Positions 55,764 to 64,000 of a stretch of 64,000 bases of DNA are shown here, in pieces. Made by a program: the position numbers and the translations under genes. Origin of the DNA: Lobosporangium transversale (taxonomy: Eukaryota). Every line of letters begins with the position of its first letter. The stretch's first letter is position 1. The DNA lies in NCBI RefSeq assembly GCF_002105155.1, contig NW_019028981.1, positions 682,001 through 746,000 of the forward strand. The letters run 5' to 3'. The notes beneath the pieces were generated by a model, which did not search any database, was not told the origin of the DNA, and saw only the letters and a program-made list of their open reading frames with translations.

Positions 55764-58644
55764 ATGAACACGATCCATCCCACTACGCAACGAGTCCATT
55801 CCATGTCTTCTCCAAAGGATACAGTCACCGCTGCAACTTCAGAAAAAGTGGTCAAGCGACCTGCTAACTTTATTGTACACCAGGACCTAAAGAAGCGATC
55901 GACTGAGCAGGACCTTCACACAAACCAAACCATTAGCAATGTTGACAGGTACGGATGACTGATACTTAGCGTATGCTTTTTTTTTTTTTTTATTTTTTTA
56001 TTTTTTTATTTTTTTATATTAATTTCTGTATGTAATAATAGTTGGTGTTCATTTCGCACCATGGTTTTGAATCGCCCATTCTAACTTCATTCTCTTCCAT
56101 TGGTCTTGTTTCTATACTCCTACCACACAGTACTGCCTCCTGGGGCCAGTCGCGCCAGACCTGGACACACGCAGCATTTCGCAGGTTCAGTCCTGGGTCA
56201 GACAATAACGACAAAAGCCATATGCCCCTGCAGCAGCATGCCTCCGTGTCTTCCGGAGTGTCCCTGGCAGGAGTCTGCACAGTCCACATCGGTCCACATA
56301 TTTTCCTCGATACTAAATTCTACACCGCCCTCAGTCCTCCCGCATCATTCCATTCTGTCGCACCAACAACAACATTAGCAACAGCAACAGCAACAGCAAC
56401 AACAACACCAGACTACAATCCAATGGATCAAGGAAATTACAGCTCTGCAAAGGCTTTGAAACAAGAGCAAGGACAAGAGCAGGAATTATACAAGGAAGAA
56501 TCATCTGTGTCCGACCATTCTCAACAGCATGTTGTCGTCATGGAGTTCAAAGAGAACCCTGGTATACAATGGCTATTCCCTGAAGAGGCATCTCTAGAGT
56601 TCACACCGGCCCATGATACAGAATCTGCAAAGATTTCTGCCTCCTTCACTCTCCCCGTTTCACAACATCAGACAACAACTTTGGTTATTCTGAAAGCAAC
56701 ACCCGCATTGCGTGAAGGACTGGAATTGGCTGTGAAGGGACCCTGTATCACCACCAACCCATCATTAATATACAACAAGCCTAAGACTGTTCGTAATCGT
56801 CAGCCTACACCTCCAACCTACCATGAGGAAACCTCTGAAATTTTAGGGTCGGGAAAGTCGTCATCCACAAACCATAACATATCCTCAGCGAAGCGGAAAA
56901 TGGATACTATGGTAAGATTTCCTGTTTCAATTTCATATGCTTTTGCGAGGAGCGCAAGCTTTTATCCCACCTGAAATGTACTCACTGTTAATAATTATTT
57001 CATTCCCATACACATCTAGATCGACGGCCAAAAGCCATCCAAATCAAAGCGACTCAAGGAGGGTAATGGAAAGGGATCGGGGCCCACTGTCAAAAAAGCC
57101 ACAGTGAGTGGTGCATCCAAAAAGAATGGTGTGTCGGGATCATCCTCGACTTCCTCTCAGCAAAAGCGATGCGCCTACTGTGAGTGCACGACCACTCCGA
57201 TGTGGAGACGGGGTCCTGATGGTCCAAGCACGCTTTGCAACGCATGTGGCGTTAAATGGAAACATGGAAAGATCTTACAGGGCACGAATGACACTCATCA
57301 ACATCCAAAACCACTTGCAGCCTCCATATCTTCGTCTTCACCCAATACCAAAGAGTCCAATAGTACCCATCATTCGTCTAGCTCAAAAGGCGTAAAGACA
57401 TCTTTGGCAATGAACAGACATACCCGTCGAGGAGAAGACAAAAAGACCCACAATAAGACGGCCAACAAGCATACATCTCCAGGACAAGGCAACAATCATT
57501 TCGAAAAAAAGTCGAGTCCGAGGCTTGAAATTAACGGATTAAAGACCGTAGAGACTGAGAGGATTGTCCCTGTCAAGAAACGACATTCCAGTAAATACAT
57601 GTTTTTATTGTTGTTTTGTAAGGTTTTTTGAAAGAGAGGGCGTAAACTTATTTTTTTTTTTTTCTTTTTTTTCTTTTAGTATCCATACCCAACAATCTAC
57701 CAGGTCCACGAATGGTACCTATCCATGAACTTGATGAACAAGCTAAAATGCCCCCTAAACACCTGCCGAGCTCTAAGCAATACGGTCAAGAGAACAAGGA
57801 AGTGCAATCTTCTAATGGATGGGCTAAGCAAAAGAAAAATGGGCTTGTTCATGTTCATCAACATCAACATCAACATCAACGTCAAGACTTGTCCGAGACA
57901 CTCGAGTCATCTGCCAGTAGCGCCTCGACGCAATCAGATACTAATGATTTCAAGATGGATATGGACATGGATATGGACAGGGATTCAGAATCAATATATG
58001 AGAATTCTGAAGCAGCAACTGATAGTCTCTCATTATATAACAAAGTCCCTTACAAGAACAGCATAACGGCCTTTCCTCTGCACTTCCCCACCATTTCTAT
58101 TGCATTTGGACCGAACAATGCGTTCTATCAATATCCTAACTGTACTGTGGTTCTGTACGAGGACCATTTCCAAATCCAACTTGTGCAAGATGGAGAGAGA
58201 ACAGAGATTGATGTTTGGAAAGAAGGAATTGAAGGGACCGAGTTCCAGGCCATTGATGCTGGTGATGGCGAGAATATGATTATTATGAAGGCTCTCTTAC
58301 GACAATATCTCACTAGGTACAGTTCAGGCAATGCTCATTCGTGATTCTACTTTTCTGAGTTATTAATGTTCCTATCATATATTTTTACTATGGCTTTGAT
58401 AAATGAAAAAGAGCCCTAATGTACTATGAACTAAATGAATCGATTTTTTTCTTTCTTTTTGTTCTCTTATTGCATTAAAAGATTCGACAAAGAGCTGCTG
58501 AATCCAGACAGGAATGAAAGCCTTATCGTCTTTCGATTCCGTGAACGCCTTGATGGTGGTGGGCCGTTTGTGAGACCTTTATTGGAGCATTGGCTTACGA
58601 CTGATATTCCAATACCTCTACCCCCTTCCAATGACTCTGTTTGA
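55764..58644 (+). CDS. GATA zinc-finger protein with Swc3-like N-terminal region and globular C-terminal domain (5 exons)
   Basis: CAYCECTTTPMWRRGPDGPSTLCNACGVKW (C-X2-C-X18-C-X2-C). Exons 55764-55948, 56131-~56911, ~57020-57591, ~57680-58315 and ~58482-58644 join in phase. Confidence 0.85.
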
Positions 58645-58977
58645 GTAATGGGTACTTTTTTCCCCCCTCCTTTTGCTTCCTTTCCATCTCTCCTTCTCTT
58701 TCTCGTTTTTGTACATTTTAACCTTTCTATTCGTCTTTTTTCCCTTTTGCTACACGTCCTCGCTTATATTCTCTAAGTACGTAGCAAGCAAAAACTTCAT
58801 CCTACACTCGAACATATACCATTCATGCTAGTCTCGTAGTCTATTAGTCTATTCCAGGCAACCTTTTTTAAGTGTCTTTTTTGTTTTAGTCAAAATCCCT
58901 CGCTTCATGCATGTACCATTATTAAATAATGATTGACGCATTAAGGATAACTTTATTGCGTCTGGAATGCCCCAGTG

Positions 58978-59012
<35 letters not shown>

Positions 59013-59330
59013 CAGATGATGAAAATGATGACAAGGTCTAAAAGGGTCAGTGAAATAGATATATTATATTTCTATATATTTATAAGGCATGACACGGTTG
59101 TTTCAGTCCAGCTTTGTCTAAAAAAAAAAAAAAAAAACTAAAAACCCTTCAGTTAGGACCTGGATGTGTCATTCTCATCAAGCAAAACTGAACTACGACG
59201 GTTTTTTATTTTTATTTTATCTACTAGTTGGGTCTTTTTTTTTCTTTTTTTTTCTTCTTCTTCTTTATATCTCTATATCACCATCCTCAAGCAATAACAG
59301 CGCTATATTTTCCTAAAGAAGAAGAAAAAA

Positions 59331-59975
59331 ATGACAAACACCCGTAGATCCTCAGGCTCTCAGGCTGCAGCAGCAACCGAGAATGCTTCTTCGACAACTG
59401 AGAGTCCAGAGGTTTCTAATGGATCTCCTTCTGCTGTCGATAGTACTCACCAGGCAGCCGAGACTGTTCATGAGAAGGAGGACCAGAAACTCGAGGCCAA
59501 TGATCCAGACTTGCTCGCAAGTAATAAAGAAACAACCGAACCATCGAGTGAAGCTTCAACAACACCTATCAATAATGCTGAAGTTCAGGAAACGGATCCA
59601 GCCAGGTCTCAGCCAGCTGAAGAGATTAAGCAGCATGAACTTGAGCATAAGGAGCCATTAGAGCAACCTATTACGGATGGATCCACAAGAGGAGCCGATA
59701 GGGACGTTCTGAGTCATAAGGCTGAAGCCGATGCACCTGTTGACCCTGCTAGTGCTGCTATTGCCACTGATAGCCAAGAGAATGGAAGTTCTGAGAATGA
59801 TACAAAGGTGCAATATGTGGGGGAAGAGCATGAAGTGAACAAACATGCTAAACGCCCTGTGGAGCAAGACTCGAACACCCTTGCGGAAGAAGCCCAAGAT
59901 TACAGTGCGGGAGCGTACAAATCACCGTTCAGACACACCCATAAGGCTGAGAAGGCTGGCAAGGAAGAACGTTAG
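59331..59975 (+). CDS. Intronless acidic, disordered hypothetical protein (214 aa)
   Basis: GC-richer uninterrupted ORF in an AT-rich context, A-rich start context, E/S/A/D-rich composition. Confidence 0.7.
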   Translation: MTNTRRSSGSQAAAATENASSTTESPEVSNGSPSAVDSTHQAAETVHEKEDQKLEANDPDLLASNKETTEPSSEASTTPINNAEVQETDPARSQPAEEIKQHELEHKEPLEQPITDGSTRGADRDVLSHKAEADAPVDPASAAIATDSQENGSSENDTKVQYVGEEHEVNKHAKRPVEQDSNTLAEEAQDYSAGAYKSPFRHTHKAEKAGKEER

Positions 59976-60682
59976 AGAAATGTTTTAAAATAAAAAATGC
60001 ATTGATAAAACATTGCATTAGAAACAGAAATCCTTACTGGTCTAGACAGCAACTTTACTAGAACTTACTAGTCCGTGGGAAGGGGTTCATAATAAGAAAA
60101 AAAAAAAAAAAAAAAGAAATGGAAAGCCATTATGTATGTTCAAAGCTGTAAATGGCAAGGTGTTTGTCTCAAATGCCCAATAACAAGGAAAAAGAAAAAA
60201 GAAATTATGCAAAAAACAAAAAAAAATGATACACATGAAATAGGGATGAAGCTCATCATGAACGACAAGTCCTTTTTGTTCATGGTCAATTAGGTCTTGA
60301 TGAAAGATGAGCGATAATCAACCCAACCAATTTCACTTATTCTAGCCTTTGTCTCAGACTAAGAGACATACACTAGTCTTTTTGTTTGTTACCCTTTTAC
60401 CCTTCCCTCCACAGAGACACAAGAGAACAGCCACATTTTAACTTATTCATGCATAGAAAAAAAACGCACCTGCATTGGTTTACTTACCCCACACTAAACG
60501 TGTTCTGTGAGCAAATGGTCAATGCGGCATTGCGTTGTTATTTGTTTATCCAAAACGTAATTCTGATGAATAAAACTTCTATTGCAAACAGTATAAAAAC
60601 CCTTCGCCTTTAACAGCCATCATCTTCACGTCCTTTATCTCTTTCAAACAAACAAACAAACAAACAGACAAACGTACACACA

Positions 60683-61066
60683 ATGGATCGCAACCTCCCC
60701 TCTGATACCATCTCGAGTGGTAACAAGGTCAAGAACCAACGCTATGCTGCAGACCTGTCTGGTCAACAGCAACAAGACTCATTAAAGAACCAGAACAGCT
60801 CTTGGTCGGACGTGAACCAGAACAGTAGTATCAGTGACCAAGATCTAGGCCGGAACCGAAACCAGAGTCAGACCCAGGGCCAGAGCCAAAGAGGTCAAGT
60901 CGATGATGTGAACCAAGGCCAGTGGTCCCAACGACAAGCCGAGACTCAACGTTCTCAGCAATACGGTCGTCAGAACCGTGATCTCCGTCAAGACAATAAC
61001 GTTGCAGAGGATGATATGCAAGAGTTGACGCGAGAGAACGTGTTTGATAATGTGCAGTATAGTTAA
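60683..61066 (+). CDS. Intronless Q/N/D/S-rich hydrophilin-like hypothetical protein (127 aa)
   Basis: TATAAAA at ~60592, (CAAA)n leader, ACA-ATG start context, coding-like composition. Confidence 0.68.
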   Translation: MDRNLPSDTISSGNKVKNQRYAADLSGQQQQDSLKNQNSSWSDVNQNSSISDQDLGRNRNQSQTQGQSQRGQVDDVNQGQWSQRQAETQRSQQYGRQNRDLRQDNNVAEDDMQELTRENVFDNVQYS

Positions 61067-61735
61067 AGAGATAACTACTCCTCATTCCTTCAACTTTTTA
61101 GTATCCATCGCCTTTTTTTTTTTCTTTCTGGGCAGTTTTTTCACTTTCATTTGTCCCAGCAGAATTGAATAAAATGTAAATAGGCTCTCTCTTTCCTTCA
61201 ATGATGACCATCATATCTCAGTGTATTTGTCATATAAAAAAAAAACCTTCTGCCTTCCATTTTGATTTCTGCTGCAACGCTTTTTTGTTCTGATAATGTA
61301 ATTTTCCAGGAAGAAGCATGTAGACATGGTCTCTGAAGCCAAATGCAATATCTATACGAAGTGGACTTATAACCTGACCTAACTTCCATCGTCCTTCTAA
61401 AGGTCTACTTTTGATGACCTTTATCGACTTTAGCTGCTGAATTTCCTCCATGAGTCCAACTAGTAAGCTCATCAGAAGATGCGTCTCCCGACCCAGTGGA
61501 TTAGCATGGCTGTGCACGACTCTCCTGGGAGATTCACTTGCAGGACGAAAGGTATATTAAACTGTTTTTGTGTCATTTGCGTCTTAATTTTCACGTTCTA
61601 AAATACATCTTTTGTGGAGGTCAATTCATTCATTTTTATAAACAATTTCAATATAAATTTGTTCATAAAAACCACCTTCGACTGTACTGGACAACAAGAC
61701 ATTTTCAAGTTCTACATATCATTTTCCCTTGATAC

Positions 61736-61783
61736 CAGTGACTCGTACTGAAGTTTTTTTCAGTACATCAGTACGAGTCACTG
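61736..61783. mobile_element. 48-bp non-autonomous hAT-type miniature element (MITE)
   Basis: Perfect 16-bp TIRs CAGTGACTCGTACTGA (61736-61751) and TCAGTACGAGTCACTG (61768-61783), flanked by the identical 8-mer CTTGATAC at 61728-61735 and 61784-61791. Confidence 0.85.
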
Positions 61784-61962
61784 CTTGATACAGTTCATGC
61801 CTCTCGATGTTAATTCAATTTGGGTTTATCGTGCACGAACCATATCCTCACGTTACATCGGAACATCGGAAGTAAATTAAATAATGATGAAAGATAAATG
61901 TTATTGATGCATGAAATCGTGTATTGATTGGAAATGTGTGTCTGGTCTGATAATAACTCCCC

Positions 61963-63032
61963 TTATTCACTATCGCCCTGATCAATGAGATGTGCATAGT
62001 CCTCCATTGAGGCAAACACTGGCAGAGCTACCTTCTTTCTACGCTTCTTATGGCGACCTAATGGGTCCAAAAGAGAATTGGATATTAAAAACCGTTAATA
62101 ACCGAGTGCAATTTTTTTTTTTTTTTTTTTTTTTTTTGAAATAGTTCACATAAACAATTCACATTCGTTACCTTTTTCTTCTTCATCAGACTCTTCTTCA
62201 ACAGCGTCTTCCGTATCGCTGGGAACTATATCCTCCTCCTCATCCATAAACATGCTTGTTTCGTCTTCGTCACCCTCATCATCTTTCCAATTAGCCTCAT
62301 CGTTACTAAATGACTCATCAACTTCTTCTTCTTCAATGTCACTCAACATAAGGTCCTCAAGATTAGCATCACTCAGATCGTCTTCATCTTCATCCACATC
62401 TTCCAATGCGTCCTTGGGCATATCATTCATCATTGCCCTCCAGACCTCATCTTCATCCAAATCAGAGCCATTGTCCTCCTCATCACTGTCCTTCCTCTTC
62501 TTCTTGGAGCCTGTAAAGTTATCCTCATCTTCATCCGATCCTGCTGATATGGTGCTCTTCTTAGTACTAGCAGGATTCATGGCCTTCTTCTGCGTGAAAT
62601 ATTTGTGGAAAAAGACTTGATCAACAGGAACATCTTCTTCTTTCTTTTGCCAAAAGGCCTCCGTGTTGACATTGACATCGTTTCCACCACCCTTCTTGAG
62701 CATAATGCTCGCTCCACGATGTGCAGCCATAGGTTGCATGATGGACGATCCCTTAGTACCCAATGCAGTGTTGACATCATCCCTCTGTTTTCTAGGGTTT
62801 TTGTACACCATGCGGTTCAAGAAGTGGATTAGAGCATGTTGATAAAACTCTGGTTTGCCCTCAATTGGCTGGAGAGACAAAATATGAGCAGCATATAACG
62901 AAACTGTAGGATGGAAATGTGATAGGAATGGTATCTGCAATTAACAAAAAAAGAAAAAAGAAAGATAGAAAAAAAAAAAAAAAAAAAAAAAAGAGACAAT
63001 AAAGAGGATAGAACGCTGTTAGTATTATGCTT

Positions 63033-63092
<60 letters not shown>

Positions 63093-64000
63093 TAAAGAAT
63101 GGATGGATGGCCACAAGTTGACTTTACCATTTCCCAAAGACATGTCTTATCCGCATTGCTATATAAAGGCTCACGCTTCCTTCCGTCATACTTGATGTTG
63201 TCTACTGGAGTTGAGGGAAGCTTCTTTTCTGTTTTCTCGCTTTCCTTGGACTCATCCTTTTCTCCATCCTTTTCCCCATTTGGTTCATCTTCGGGGACAT
63301 CCTTGAAATTCTCTTCTTCATTATCTTCAGGCTGACTGATCATGTCAGAAAGACCAGGCTTGGATTCCATAAGTTTTGAAATCAAAAAAAAAGCTCCGCA
63401 GATGTATGGAGGCTGATGATGCGCACAAGACTGGACAAGACGCTTCATAAAGGACTTGATCCTTGGAAGGGACTGATCGGCCTGAAGTGCATCAAAGAGA
63501 AGGTTGAGGTAGATGGATTGCTTGGAAGTTAAAATCAAACGAGGATCTAACAGGGATTCGTACAAGGTCCTGTAGAAGCGATCTGAAGAAGCTTTCTGAA
63601 TAGTAATGACGCGGAAAATCAGACGCAGGGCTTGGATCGAGGTGTTAAAAGTGCCAGTGTGAGTGATGCGGAAGATGATGTCCATATGAGCAGTGAATAT
63701 CTTATCATCAATTTTGGCAAAAGGAAATGCGCGGTTGACTCCAGTAAGGACTGCGGCAATCATCTTGGAGTTTTCTGCGTCTTGCATATCCAAGATTTCT
63801 CCTGGTGTCCTGTGTGGTCCCTTGGACTTTCCAGCATCCTTCTTCCTCTTCTTGTCTACTTTGTTCTTGTTCTCTTTCAAGAAACTCTTTGTCTTCTTGA
63901 CCTGTGACTCCTGGTCTCCCAACATGCGCTTGAAGAACACAAAATAGATGTCGATCAACTTGTTGGCGACATCCACTTGTCGTGAGTTCAAAATAGTCTG
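61963..64000 (-). CDS. MAK21: Ribosome biogenesis protein MAK21/NOC1 (CEBPZ/CBF family), 3' part (5' end off the right edge)
   Basis: AVLTGVNRAFPF, TFNTSIQAL, DRFYRTLYESLLD, YLNLLF, YDGRKREPLYSNA...LWE|...HFHPTVSLYA, FL.RMVYKNP, FFHKYF, acidic tail and LPVFASMEDYAHLI. Confidence 0.95.

Overview
Intron-rich, AT-rich eukaryotic DNA from an early-diverging fungus. Protein similarity, intron style and very long A/T homopolymers suggest Mucoromycota/Mortierellaceae (inference). About 21 protein-coding genes can be assembled by hand from GT/GC-AG splice sites: PAT1 (3'-truncated), Mim2-like, a conserved mitochondrial-type hypothetical, a Cid1/Cid13-family non-canonical poly(A)/poly(U) polymerase, TMA7, a Gvp36-like BAR protein, GPC1, a Pho85-type cyclin (behind a ~10.8 kb gene-free stretch), Mak31/NAA38, mitoribosomal mS35, FBA1, a small FDDDLDFCP-motif poly-Q protein, a TlpA-like thioredoxin with a SAP-like tail, a degenerate hemerythrin-like protein, a double SSSCA1 zinc-ribbon protein, an F-box/WD40 protein, prephenate dehydratase, a GATA zinc-finger protein with a Swc3-like N-terminus, two disordered orphans and MAK21/NOC1 (5'-truncated). 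No tRNA, rRNA, CRISPR or intact transposase was seen, and no multi-gene novel system is evident. The most notable items are a 48-bp hAT-type micro-element with perfect TIRs and an 8-bp TSD, two GC-AG introns, a 24-nt microexon carrying a whole WCGPC active site, complementary poly-A/poly-T tracts inside many introns, and several unusual domain architectures. Family assignments come from motif recognition, not database searches.
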